Source of the DNA: the human T2T-CHM13v2.0 reference genome, Homo sapiens
NCBI RefSeq assembly: GCF_009914755.1
Contig: NC_060929.1
Length of the DNA stretch: 64,000 nucleotides
Reading direction: 5' to 3' (one strand)
Shown here: positions 1-12,264 of the stretch, piece after piece
Layout: each line of letters begins with the position of its first letter
How positions within the stretch are numbered: the first letter of the stretch is position 1
Notes under the pieces: generated by a model
What the model was told of the DNA's origin: nothing
What the model saw: the letters and a program-made list of their open reading frames with translations, nothing else
Database searches by the model: none
Translations under genes and position numbers: made by a program

Positions 1-63
1 AAGGAGTGATAGACGTTTTCATAAATATGTATTTGAGAAAAATAATTGAGTTTGCTCTTCTTT

Positions 64-2770
64 TTTCTTTTTCTTTCTTTTTTTACAATTTAAGATTACT
101 GTATTTCCTTGTAAGAGGAATGTTTCAATAAATTTTACAGGTGTCAATCAACCCTTGTTCAAATTGGTCACATATCAAATCTAGCATCATGGGTGTTTTA
201 TTTATTTGCAAGTGAATTTTAACTATCATAACAAATGCCAATATACTACGCAAAACATCCACAGGAACTTTTTTCATCTTTTTTTGAATTGTACACAAAC
301 ATTTCCTACATAATCCAACATACAACAGAGAAATGGTACATCTTTTTCTTTCAATTTGCATACAATGGAAAAACAAGTATATATGTATTTTATAAAGTTT
401 AATAAGACATTAGAGCAAGTTGACAGTTTATAGGTGAGAAATTATCTAATAAAAATAATCAGTTTTTTTCAGCATCAGTCACTTCCATAACCAAGTGTTA
501 TTCTGATTAATAAAACTTGCTGCCAATCAGAATTCTGGTATATACTCATACCATTACTCAATTTGTAGTACTGCTCCCCACTTTAGTTCTTCACAACCAC
601 TAACATATAAAATTGTTGAAAAGCAGGGGCAAGCATTTGCAAAAACAAACAAAAAATGCCCAGCTTTTTATAAGCATGAATATGTATGTTGGAATTTCTT
701 CCCAGAAATAGGCTTTCAAACCATCAAGAAATCACCAGAACTAAGTTTGCCGAGTTATTTTGCCTATGTCCAAGAAGAGATGCACTTACATATCCAACAG
801 AGGAGCTGAAAATCAAACTTAGTGTTTAGTTTGGGGGTGGAGAAATTCAGCCACCATTTTAAAATGACTGTCTTAAAAAAAATGACCACAAAAAATAGGT
901 TCACTAAATTTATTTTAAAAATCATAAAATGTTTCTTTAAAAAGAGCATTATATTCTGCACACTGCTCTGAACAGATGCCAGGGACATGTGGACTATTGT
1001 TACTTTTCCTCCCTGTCCCACCCCCCAAATGTTACAGTGACCACAAAGCAAGGTGTTCGCAATAATTACATGGGGGGAATTTTTTTTAAACCATCAACAA
1101 TAACAAAAAATAAAATCCACTCACTCTGCTGCTGTTTCAAAATTTCAATGTTAGTTTTTGCACGCCCTTCCCCCACAACCCTATTTGTAAGGAACTAAAA
1201 CATTACATCTGGTGAACAGCAAAGATTTCACTACACTTCAAATGCAGAACACCTACAAAGCAGAGGAATGTTGGCTTTTTAAACAGAAGCAAATAAAAAA
1301 AAAAGATGCAGGACTCCTCCAGTTCTTCACTAGTCTTAGAAAAACTTTCCAGAATACTGCTACACATTGTTCTGCAGCAAATATTGTGCATTCTGTATCT
1401 GGTCCTGTGTTCCTGTAATGATAGTGATCTGATCTTCGGATCCTTCTAAAGGCTCATCAATTTTGATTGAAGCTCCCAACTCATGACCGATTTGTTTAAT
1501 CCGCTGACCACCTTTGCCAATAATAGATCCAGTCAAATCTTTGGGAATAGTTACTTGTGCAGTAGTAATAGGTCCACCAAGATCACCATATGAGCCACCA
1601 ATCCCTGCATAGGAATAATCATATCCGGAGCCACCCTGTGGTTCATAAGCCATCTGCCATTCCGATGGGCTCCATGTATCTATTGCAGAGTTCCAAGTTT
1701 CATCAGGACTGAAACCAACCATGCCATCGTAACAGTCTCCAGGTCTCCCTCTTCTGTCATAGGCCATTAGGTCTTCCCCTCTAGGTGGTGGTGGTGGAGG
1801 AAGAGGAAGATTCCGAGCTCTGCTACCACCCCGGCCACCTCGTCCAGTAAGAGGAGGAGGTGGTCCTCGATGAGGGCTCATATCTCTTCTAGATGGAGGC
1901 ATGGGACGCCCACCCCAACCAGGAGGCATTCTGTCAAAACCACCTCTTCCCCACATTGGAAATCCCACTGGGCATCCAGGGCGGTCATCAAACATCATTG
2001 TAAAACCACCATAATCATAGGTTTCATTGTAAAAACTGGGATCATAAGGCTGTGCAGGTCCTTTGATGGGAGACTCAGATATAAGATCAAGGATGATCTT
2101 TATGCACTCTACAACCCTATTGGGTTTTCCTCCAATAAGAACAACTCTGTCAGTGGGATGAGAACAGCATTCCTAGAAAAGCTTGATGGTTGTTTGAGCG
2201 TTCTCTCAAAGTTCTTTGATTTTAGCACCTTTGACCCCAATATTCCTCCTGCTAGACTCTGATAAATCAACAGCTTCAACTCGCACTCAAAGTCTCTTCC
2301 TTTATAGTGTTGGTAATTTAAGCATTCCACAGCATCAGATTCCAGCAGGAGCTGGCTGGTTGGAGTGAGTAATGGCAACTGGAGGCCCTCTTCCAAGGTA
2401 GGGATGATTTTCTTTAGAATTTCTCCAATTGTTTCAATACCAGCACTGATACTCAGTATGCACTTGGGGCCACTGCTGTCTGGGACTGAAACACTGGCAC
2501 TGTAGTCTATACAGGGAGCCTTAATATTCTTACCTCCTTCTCCAATAACTGCCCCAGAATTCTTGTTCTGAAGCAGAATGTGTAACTCAACCATCTCATC
2601 AGTGTTTCTAGATCTTTTCAATGCTTGTTCCTCTTCCATATCTTCTGCAGGGCATTTACCAAATTCACCATTGGTTTCAGTGTTAGGGAAGCTTTCTTCT
2701 GGCTGTTCAGTTTCCACTTGTATTAAAGGGACACACCAAGCTATAGGCCACGAACAAGTGGGACACAGGC
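64..2770 (-). pseudogene. HNRNPKP1: Processed (retro) pseudogene of HNRNPK: 5' UTR, CDS remnant 1336-2717, about 1.25-kb 3' UTR and poly(A)
   Basis: ORFs 2109-2717 (METEQPEE..., KH1) and 1360-1998 (RGG/Pro-rich region plus KH3 [14 protein letters not shown]) match hnRNP K and contain no introns. Lesions: start ATG>GTG at 2717, 1-nt frameshift near 2240, AAG>TAG at 1360-1362. T-rich poly(A) at 61-84. 17-bp TSD TGAGTTTGCTCTTCTTT at 47-63 and 2771-2787. The P1 number is from memory of the locus. Confidence 0.95.
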
Positions 2771-2900
2771 TGAGTTTGCTCTTCTTTAAGGAAAATTAAA
2801 ACAGACTCCAGTGATGATTGTGTGTGGGGGCAAAGGACAGGTATTGAAATTTTCACACTGAACTCGTGTAAAAATGAGTGACTTCTTGATATCTCTGTAA

Positions 2901-3036
2901 TAGGATAACCCATAAATTCTACTGTCCAAATTGGAACATTTTTTAGAATAAGAGGTGGGTACTTTAAAAAATCACGCTGGGACAACAACCCTAAAGTGGG
3001 AGTGTCCCAGACAAATTGAGAGGTAGGGTCCCACTA
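2901..3036. mobile_element. MER94-like hAT-Blackjack MITE
   Basis: Degenerate TAGGGTGACC...GGTCACCCTA-type ends with internal GTCCAAA/GGGACAACA/GTCCCAGACAAA, matching the recalled MER94 consensus. Confidence 0.65.
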
Positions 3037-3189
3037 TATCTTATTACATATCCTTTAGTTGAAAGCAAACAAGCAAACAAACCTTGATTTGGAAGTTACA
3101 ATTCAGACTCAGCCAAATAAAGGTCCTTTTGGTTTAAAATAGTTATTATGAGATGAAGATGAATATTTAGGCAATTTTAAACTCAAAGA

Positions 3190-3430
3190 ATAAGAGCTAA
3201 CACTGTGAGTTAGGCACTGTGCTAAGCACTCCACACCTATTAAGTCATTTAATCTTCATACAAAAACTATGAGGTAGGTATTAATATGACTATTTGCTCC
3301 ACTTTATAGGTGTTAATGGAGAGACTGTTTTAAGTGAAAGATCCAAGGTCAGCTGGTGACCGAGCAGAGCCAAGATTCCAATCCAGGATTTTTGGTGCCA
3401 GCTGTCCCAGTCCATGCTACATTGCCTCTC
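3190..3430 (-). mobile_element. MIR SINE
   Basis: GGCACTGTGCTAAGCAC...CATTTAATCTTCA...CTATGAGGTAGGTATT...CCAAGGTCA core in antisense. Confidence 0.75.
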
Positions 3431-3890
3431 ACACTCTAAGCTTCAGCTCACTTGCCTCCTAAATTTGAATTTTAAATGAACAATAATTTCTTTTTTTAGA
3501 ACAAGTGTGTCCTATGCAACGTTTGAGACAAGGCTCCTCCTTTTTCCTGGTTGCCAAAGGAGCTTACTTATCCTCGGTGTGGTTGAGTGCTGAATGTGGG
3601 TGTGGGCTTCTGATCTCTGTGTCTCAGCCAGTACCCTTGGCATTACCTGCTGAAGTGTTCTTTTTGGTTGTATAACTCACAGCCTGTTCTCAGAGCCTGG
3701 TCTCCCAGCAGAGCCCATCATTTCTCAAGCCAGAATCAGCTCTGCCTCTACTCCTGGTTATGTTACAGATACCTAGTCTCAGCCTCATCTCTGATCTGCC
3801 TGGAAATATTCATATGAATATTTTTGAATGTTTGCATATTCATATGAATATTATGAACATTAAGGACTATCTTAAGAATATTTAAGAATA

Positions 3891-4166
3891 GGCCGGGTGC
3901 AGTGGCTCAGCCTGTAATCCCAGCACTTTGGGAGGCCAAGGCGGGCGGAACACGAGGTCAAGAGATCGAGACCACCCTGGCCAACATGGTGAAACCCCAA
4001 CTCTACTAAAAATACAAAAATTAGCTGGGTGTGGTGGCGGGAGCCTGTAGTCCCAGTTACTCTGGAGGCTGAGGCAGGAGAATTGCTTGAACCCGGGAGG
4101 CGGAAGTTGCAGTGAGCCGACAGCGCCACTGCACTTCAGCCTGGCAACAGAGCAAGACTCCATCTC

Positions 4167-4197
<31 letters not shown>

Positions 4198-4207
4198 CAA
4201 AAAAACC
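3891..4207 (+). mobile_element. AluSc with (CAAAA)n tail
   Basis: Dimeric Alu with CACGAGGTCAAGAGATCGAGACC diagnostic. 17-bp TSD AAGAATATTTAAGAATA at 3874-3890 and 4208-4224. Confidence 0.93.
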
Positions 4208-4746
4208 AAGAATATTTAAGAATAGACCTAATAAACCCGATTTGGGCTAGAAAAAAAAGCTCCACTCAAATAGGAAAGAGTTTTTTTGTTTGCCTATGTT
4301 CATGAGCAAGTAAAGCAAAATTCCACCATGGCACTTGCTCACTCACTATAGCTCACAAATGAATTCTATCATGTTAGAGAATTCCTATAAGGAAGAATTT
4401 GATGAGTTGTTAGCAATGACTGAAAAAATAACAAACCAAGCAGCTCTTCGTTCTCCCATAATTTTCCATTGACTCCCTTCATTGTCTGCCATCTAAGAAG
4501 AAATCTTCTTACCTTACCACCCACAAAGCAGGCAAGCAGTTGAGGTACAGCCTAAGGATTCTAGGTTCCATCTCCAGCTCTATGCACCATTTTCATAGCC
4601 TTAGTTTCCACGTTTCTAATACTGGAATAATAATACCTGCCACACATAGTTCTTTTGAAGTTCAAATGAAAAGTGGTAAGTAAAACATAAAATATAGTAA
4701 ATGTAAATCAAGGTTAACTTCAAAGCTCATCTTACCTCATTGTCCA

Positions 4747-5248
4747 TGTAGTGGGTTGAATAGTGCCCACCCCCCAAAAAAGATATGCCCACCTGGAACT
4801 TGTTACTGTGAACTTATTTGGAAACAGGATCTTCATAAGACCTACAAATATATTGAGATGATATCATTCTGGATTTAGGGTGGGGCCTTAGCGGAATGAG
4901 TATGCACTTATAAGGAAGTATGCTTATAAGAGAAAGGCAGAAGGAGATTTGAGACACAGAGACATGGGGGGGAAGGCCATGTGGAGACAGAGGCAGAGAT
5001 TGGAGGTGTGCTGGCACAGAGGCAGAGATTGGAGGTATGCTGGCACAGGCCAAAGAACACCTGGAGCCACCAGAAGCTAGAAGGGGCAAGGAAGGATTCT
5101 CCACTCAAGCCTTTGGAGAGGCCCTGCTGACACCTTGATTTTGGACTTCTAGCCCCCAGAACTGTGAAGGAATCAATTTCTGTTGTTTTTAGCCAACGAA
5201 AACATTAGTTGCAGTAATTTGTTATGATAATCTTAGGAAACTAATGCA
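4747..5248 (+). mobile_element. MLT1 (C/D-type) MaLR solo LTR
   Basis: TGTAGTGGGTTGAAT...AAAAGATATG start, GCCACCAGAAGCTAGAAGGGGCAAGGAAGGATTCTCC and CTGACACCTTGATTTTGGACTTC motifs, GGAAACTAATGCA end. Confidence 0.85.
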
Positions 5249-5254
5249 GCTTAC

Positions 5255-5955
5255 TCCCAACCCATCAGTAAATCATGACAGCTCCATCTTCAAAATACAT
5301 CCAGACCGTGTGCCACCTCCACCTCCATTAGGGACACTAAGCCATCATCATCTCATTACTGGTCATCCTGCACTCATCCTCACATGGACTGCAGTCACAC
5401 AGCAATCAGAGTGTGATCAGAAATTGATGTCAAATATTGTCAGTTCTCTGCTCAAAACCCTCCACGTGCTTCTCATTTCTCTCAGAGTGTAATCAAAGGC
5501 TTTCCCATGACCTACAAGGCTAGACACGATCTGGCCCCACTCCCTGTCCTGTCTTCTTTACCATTCTCACAGTCCTGCTTCCCTGTTGTCTGCGCACATG
5601 CCGAGCACACTCCATCCTTAAGTCTTTGCATGCCCTTCTTTCTGTCCGGATAAGCACAGGCCTGCTGCATTACACGTCTCTGCTCACATCTCACCTATTC
5701 AGAGAAGCCTTGCCCATTCATCCTATCTGAAGTGGTCTACTCCAATTACTGTCAATATTACATCACTCTTTGTTGACTCCTCAAACTGCACATCACAAAC
5801 AGTACTTACTTTATTTTCCTCTTCCTACCCTCTCTCCTATTATAAAGAACGCTCCCTAGGTATCAAGACCTTGTCTGTCTTGTTCGTTACTGCATTTCCA
5901 GTACCAATGCTCAGCACATTGCAGCCACTAATAAATATTTGCTGAAAGGATGGAG
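5255..5955 (+). mobile_element. L2 3' end fragment
   Basis: CTGCTCAAAACCCTCCA, TCAAGACCTTGTCTGTCTTGTTC and terminal AATAAATATTTGCTGAA typical of L2. Confidence 0.75.
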
Positions 5956-6307
5956 AAACCAACATACCTTATAGCTATTAAGGGTGTTGATCAGAGAGGA
6001 TGAAGATGGTTATCTGTCTTTAGCACCACCCCAAACAGCACGATCCGGACAGTAACCTGGATCTCCACCTACACACATTCTTAGAGGATAGGAGCCACCG
6101 CCAAAGAAAACCGCCCATGGTAGTTGCACAGTGAGATCTGAAGTCAGAGTATTGCTACATAGTATTAACTTTTCAGTGAGGTATTTTGGAATGCTTACAA
6201 CTGTGAAGCTCAAGAGATAGATTAATGTGAAATCTCTAAGTGAGTTCCTGAAAAAAAATTGAGAACAACAAAAACAATTTTTTATATATTTAATGCTAAG
6301 CAATTTA

Positions 6308-6619
<312 letters not shown>

Positions 6620-7329
6620 TCATATGCTCTATTTTATTTGAGTCTGTCACCTGCCTGATTTAGGGATGGTGGATAGTATTATTCTCAGTTTGCAGGTAGA
6701 AATATGAAGACTTATGGAGACTAAGTGACCTGTACAAGGGCAGGCAACTGTACAACTGGCATTAGAGTAGTCTCAGACTCAAATCAAGACTTCTGATTTG
6801 AAGTTCCTTATTTTCCTCTATCGCACTCCATTAATTTATTTAATGTACATTATTGAACACCAACTATTTCAGGTACTGTGTTAGGTGCAGCATATAATAA
6901 GAAAGTTGATAATCTGTCTATTTTACAATTAAAAAAAGAATGTGCAATACATGCACTTGGGGAAAAATTCAGTACAGTAACTGCTACTCTTCTCCCCTCT
7001 CCCTCTTCTCCTAATCCCTCTCTCCTGATATAATCACTGTTATCTGGAAATCTTTGACTATACAGGCTAAGTCCCCTGTATCTGCCGCGAGGTCCTTCCT
7101 GGAGGTGCTGACTGGACTAGCTGACGTTGGCTAGATGACCGCCAACCAGATGACCTTGGCTAACTGATCTTATCCCTTGGGCCGCTGTGGCACAGGATGA
7201 GTGAGCTACGCCTGGTAACAAGAGTGCCACTCTCGTGTAAGGGGGCTGCGAAGTAGAAAGGAGGCCAGCCCTTTGGAAGATGTTTCTAGAGGGTGTGGGC
7301 AGAACCAAGTCTCGGTAGTTAGGAAGATC

Positions 7330-8150
7330 TTGGCTCCAAAGTTTAACTTGCAGCGTCCCGGCCGGGTTCACAGCGCATGGGACAGGCGGGGCGGGGCGAT
7401 GCGGAGGCGGGGCGGGGCGATGCGATGCGGGGCGGAGCGGGGCGGGGCGGCGACGCGCGGCGCGGTGCGGCGCGCGGCCGACGTGGCAGCCGCAGGAGCA
7501 TGCGCCGCCCGTGGCCATCTTGTAGGCGGGGACACGCCGAGGTAACTTCCAGGGTGCGCCTTCGTTGTCTTCTCCAAGCTGTAGTTCTACGTCCCGACCT
7601 CCCTATCATACCACACTCTTCAGCGACCACGCAGGCACTTTCCCGGTCCCCAGGTGAGCGCCAGGTGGCTCCGAGGCGCGTGTATGAGGGGGGTGGCATG
7701 GCATGGCATGGCTTGCAGGCGCCAGAGCCAGACCCCGAGGGACGGTGTCCCTGGAAGGTGGGCGGGCCGGCCGGCGCCACTGGACGCCGATGTCGTTTGC
7801 GAGCCCCCTAGTCCCGTGGTCCAGGCTCAGCTGTGGCGGCGTGCGGGGTGCAGCAGGCAGGAGTGCACATCGCAAGGTGAGCAGTTTCCGCTGGGGATGG
7901 CACGGTGGGCGCGGTTCGAGGGTCTCGCCCCGCGACACTTTGCTCCTGTCCAAGGACCAAGGCAGGAGCGCTCTGGCCCCACCTTCCAGGGCGCTGACTT
8001 TAGGGGAGACTGGCGGGAGCGCCGGCGGACCTTAGCCCGGCCCTGTCTGGCCTGGAGACGTGGCAGAGCCTGAGGGGAAGCCGCTGTCTCCTGAAACAGG
8101 ATTTCGGCCGCTCTGGCCCTGGAGAGGCCCAGGAGGCTCGAGAGTCATCA
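7330..8150 (+). promoter_or_regulatory. PRRC1: CpG-island promoter of PRRC1: GC boxes 7385-7450, NRF1-like GAGCATGCGC 7496-7505, YY1-like GCCATCTTG 7514-7522
   Basis: Sharp rise in GC and CpG content, multiple GGGGCGGGGC motifs, no TATA box; spans exon 1. Confidence 0.9.
7510..7653 (+). other. PRRC1: PRRC1 exon 1 (5' UTR, non-coding; TSS approximate)
   Basis: Ends at strong donor CAG|GTGAGC (7653/7654); no ATG; lies in the CpG island. Confidence 0.8.
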
Positions 8151-9169
8151 CACCAGGACCTGCAATGAAAGGAAGCTTATTTTCCCTGAGGTTACCCCAT
8201 CGGTGCTTAGCGCCGCTTGGGAGAGTTTTTGCATTCTCTCGTTTCTTTGTTTGGTCTTGGGACCTGCTTCAGGCAAATTTGCAGATAGCACGTTTCCTAG
8301 ATTGACAGAATTTATAGCCAATAGTGTTTTTGTCATTCGAAGTAGTTATTTTGAGAGACAACATGTGCATTTCTGCGATCGTGACACATCTTGGCATTCA
8401 GTCTTTCTCCTGTGCAGCCAGTGTTTAATTCAGTGAAAATTTATAAAATTTTATTTCGGGGTCAGATTAGGCTCTAACTAGCGCTCACTGTCTGGTAGTA
8501 GAGACAATCTTGTGGCACGAGTAGGTCAGCAATAATTGCTCTTAATGCTTTAAAGTTTATCAGAGCTTCACTCTTCCATTTCTTGTAAACTTGTAAATAG
8601 ACATCCACTTTTTTTTTTTTTTTTTAACAGAAAAACCAAGGCACAAGCAAATTGGAACAACAGGGTCTAGCCGGACTGAGAACTCAGTTTTCCAAACCAT
8701 TTTCTTCACTTTTTCTTTAGTGTTGATATATGAATAGTACTTTTCGTGACAAGACTTGAGCCCTAAAACAGTTACCAACTCTGACACTTCAGTATTGTTT
8801 TATCATAATAGGTTTTTTTAGTAGAAGGCACTATGTTTATGCATGTAAAATTTACCTCAGTATTGCCATTACGGCAGTTTTCATATAAAAAGCCATTAAA
8901 GACAAAGAAATTGATTATTTATTCCACTTAATGACTTTGTATTCATTGTACAGTTTCTTTTGCAGACACATTTGTTAATGTTAGGGATTCTCTTACAATA
9001 GGACTTCTACTAGTCATTGTAAGGATTGGGGAGCATCTGTAGTAGAGGGTGAATGACCAATAAAAAATTAAATGAAGAAAAGAGGGAGCTTTGGTTGAGG
9101 AGTGGTAAAATCTCCAAAGGGGCATTTCTATCTCAGGTTATTTACCTTCGATGTATAGGTACTGAATGA

Positions 9170-10280
9170 AAGGATTCAGCCTCCCCGGATCCCTGTTCTC
9201 TGCTTAGTGCCATAGATCTTTCCTACGTTCACAGCCAAACTTTTTGAAAGTGTCATGCGTGTTAGTCTCACCTGCCACTGCTCGATTCAGTTTACACTGG
9301 AATCTTTCTCCACTCTTTATATGAAAACCGTTCTCCCTAAATTCATCTCCAGTTTGGCAGATCCATTGAACTTCTCAGATAGTATCCTATTTGGCTTCTC
9401 TGCAGCATTAATACTGTTGCCCATTCATACTGCGAAACTCTGGCTTTTGGACACCACAGTCTCCTGGTTTTCTTCCTTTTAGCTCATCTCTTATTCTCTG
9501 CAAACTTGTCTTCCATCTTACTAAACCAATAATTGGTTTAACATCATATTCTCTTTTCTCTTGGTATTCTCTTACGTAATCTCATCTCAAAACATGATGT
9601 TAGACTATCAGTACACTGATGACACCCACATTTATGTGGTTGCTAAGCTCCAGACCAAGTCAGTGTCTCTACTTAGATGTTTGTTGCAAGGAACTTAAAC
9701 AGCATGTCAAAGACTAAACATTTTATGATTTCCCCCATCCGACTCCCCCAGAAAGAACATCAAACACATTGGCCTTCTGCAGTGTTTCCTATCTTTGTGC
9801 ATGGCACCACCATCTATCTAGTTGTGCAAGTCATGCCTCCTTTCCCTTCCTCCATACCCAGTCACTGAATTTTGCCACCTAATCTTGTCTTGAACTTATT
9901 TACTTTTCTCCATCTCCACTATCATCACTTGAGTCTAGGTCAGAGTTTTTCAACTTTGGCACTATTGAAATTTGGGGCCACTTAATTCTTGTGTGTAGGC
10001 TGTGCATTGGAGGATTTTTAGTAGTATTCCTAACCTCTTCATGCTATATGCCAGTAGTAGCCCTCTAGTTGTGACAATAAAAAATGTCTTGGACATTGCC
10101 AAGTGACCCCTTGGGGGCATAATCAGCCCTTCCCACTATGAAAATCATTAGTCTAGGTTGTTACTTACTTCTGATGGAACTACTTCTATATCTTCCTTAA
10201 TGGCCTGTCTGCATCTGCTCTGTCTGCCCAGTGGCCCAGGCTGCATACTTTGTTCAGATCTTTTCAAAAAATAAATATGA
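9170..10280 (+). mobile_element. L2 fragments interrupted by MER20
   Basis: GACACCACAGTCTCCTGGTTTTCTTCC, ACTTAAACAGCATGTCAAAGACTAAAC and ATGGCACCACCATCTATCTAGTTG are L2 motifs. Confidence 0.7.
9941..10150. mobile_element. MER20 (hAT-Charlie)
   Basis: CAACTTTGGCACTATTGAAATTTGGGGCC...GTGACAATAAAAAATGTCTTGGACATTGCCAAGTG. Confidence 0.8.
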
Positions 10281-10865
10281 ATTGCTAATAACTGGAATCA
10301 GCCTAAATGTCCTTCAGCAGGTACATTTATACAATGGAATACTATTCAGCAATAAAAAGGAACCAATTTGATATATGCAGCAGCTTGGATGAATCTCAAG
10401 AACATTATGTTGAATGAAAAAAAGCCAACTTCAAAAGGTTATATGCTGTATGATTCGATTTATGTAACATTCATGGAACGAGAAAGTGATAGAAAACAGA
10501 GCAGTGTTTGCCAGGGCTTATGGTTGACGGGAAGGTAGATAAAGGAACAACATGAGGAAGTTTCTTTTTAGTGATGGAATGGTTCTATGTCCTGGTCGAG
10601 GTGGTGGTTATACGAGATTGTGCATATGATGAAGCTTCATAGAACTATGCACATACACACACACAGTAAATGTAAAAACATGTGAAATACAAATAAGATC
10701 TATAGTTAATAGTGTTGTACCAATGTCAGTTTCATGGTTTTGATCATTGTAGTGTAGTTATGTAAGATGCTGTTACTGAGAGAAGCTGGGTTTGGGGTAC
10801 TCAAGAACTCTGCTGTTTCTACATTTTTTTTTTGAACCTAAAATTCCTTCAAAACAGTTAAAACA
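10280..10865 (+). mobile_element. Old L1M (L1MC/ME-type) 3' fragment
   Basis: ACAATGGAATACTATTCAGCAATAAAAAGGAA...GGATGAATCTCAAGAACATTATG ORF2-end/3' UTR signature. Confidence 0.75.
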
Positions 10866-10905
10866 AAAGACAGTTATGCTACCCTCAGCTTGAATGCCTT
10901 ACAGT

Positions 10906-11511
10906 TGTAGGATATGATAAATTTCTCTTCATAGATTTTAGCCTGTAAATTGTTAAGTACAATGAGTTCTGAGATCCTCTCCAAAGAACCAGTGTATCAG
11001 TATGTTCAGCTCCCCTGTTCTTTGTTCTTCATTTTAAAGTTTAAATTCCTAGTTCTTTATTTCTCCTTGCCCCCAGTTTCAGTAAACAATCCCCTTCTAG
11101 CCTCTATCAACTGCTCTGACCTTAGTCACCCTTGGTCACCTGCTCTGACCTTAGTAATCCTTGGTCATCTGCTCTGTTCTTAGTCATCCTGGATCACCTG
11201 TTCTGTAACCGTCCTTCCCGCCAAACTACTCACCCTGCTGCTCTGGCTCATACCCCTGCTCTCTTTAAAATAGCCAGTTGGAATTAGCTTAGACTGCGTG
11301 GTCCAACCCTAGCCAATGGGGGAAAGACACAGCAGTAGGGACTAGCTGCGTTAGGATAAGAACCCCTTCCCCTCCCTTGTTCAGGTGTGCTCTTGACATT
11401 GCTCCATCTGTGAGACACACCCTTCTATAGAAGTAAAATTGCCTTGCTGAGAAAATTAAATTTATGTTCGAGTGCTATTTCTTTTGTGGCACCGAAAATT
11501 TATTTCTAACA
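10906..11511 (+). mobile_element. LTR10-family (HERV-I) solo LTR in PRRC1 intron 1
   Basis: TG...CA termini, 4-bp TSD CAGT (10902-10905 and 11512-11515), CAGTATGTTCAG and AGAAGTAAAATTGCCTTGCTGAGAAAATTAAA motifs, internal 28-bp tandem repeats. Confidence 0.8.
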
Positions 11512-11519
11512 CAGTGACA

Positions 11520-12010
11520 CTCTGTTCTTTAAAAACCCAAGTTTTTTAACCTGGTTTATGAGGCTGAACACCTTCTGGGCTTCTGTCTGTCCCTCCAGTC
11601 CTGATTCTTCTTTCTCTCCCTTCACATGGATTTTATTGAATGTATCTTGTTCTTCCCAGCTCAGTTGGTATATATATTTGCTATATATTCACTTTTCCTG
11701 GACTCTGCCTTTCTTCCCTTGCCTAATTAAGTTCTTATCCTTCAAATCTCGGTTTATCTGTGACTTATTTGGGGAACCCTTTCCTTACCTCCAAGTCAAA
11801 ATCATATTCCTGTCAAACAAAACTGTGTTCTTACCCTCAGAGCACATAATTCAGCTACCATTCATTGTAAATTGGTTTATTATTTGATTGTTTCCTGTAC
11901 TAGACTGTAAGTATCCTATTTGTTTTTGCTAATCATTGTCATTTCCAAAGGCATCAGTATAGTGCTCGTCAAGCAGTTGACCTTCGCTAAAAACTTATTA
12001 AATGAATAAA
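11520..12010 (+). mobile_element. L2 3' end
   Basis: TCCTTCAAATCTCGG, TAGACTGTAAG and terminal AAATGAAT. Confidence 0.6.
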
Positions 12011-12264
12011 AATATTAAAAACAAATATAGCATATTTAGAAGTTGGTTCTGTACTTGAGATACACTTCAGGATTTGTAATTTTAAAGAAAGTTTTCTCAT
12101 ATTTTATAATCCATTGTTGTCTATTAGGATGCTGCTATCTAATGGCATTTTTGCTATAGTTAACTTTTCTAAAACCTCAGATATACAATTTATCTGTTAC
12201 TGGATATGCTTTAAAATGTGAACTAGGAAAATTGTGAATTAATGCTTTTATCAAGTGAAGCACA

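Noticed and set aside
2109-2717. 202-aa hnRNP K N-terminal ORF as a functional gene
   Set aside because: GTG start, KH1 loop GKGG>GEGG, and frameshift in KH2
4987-5048. 29-bp tandem duplication in MLT1
   Set aside because: Ordinary slippage duplication within an old LTR
7117-8336. Many overlapping 70-145 aa Arg/Pro/Gly-rich ORFs
   Set aside because: By-product of stop-poor CpG-island sequence; present in all frames with no recognisable domain
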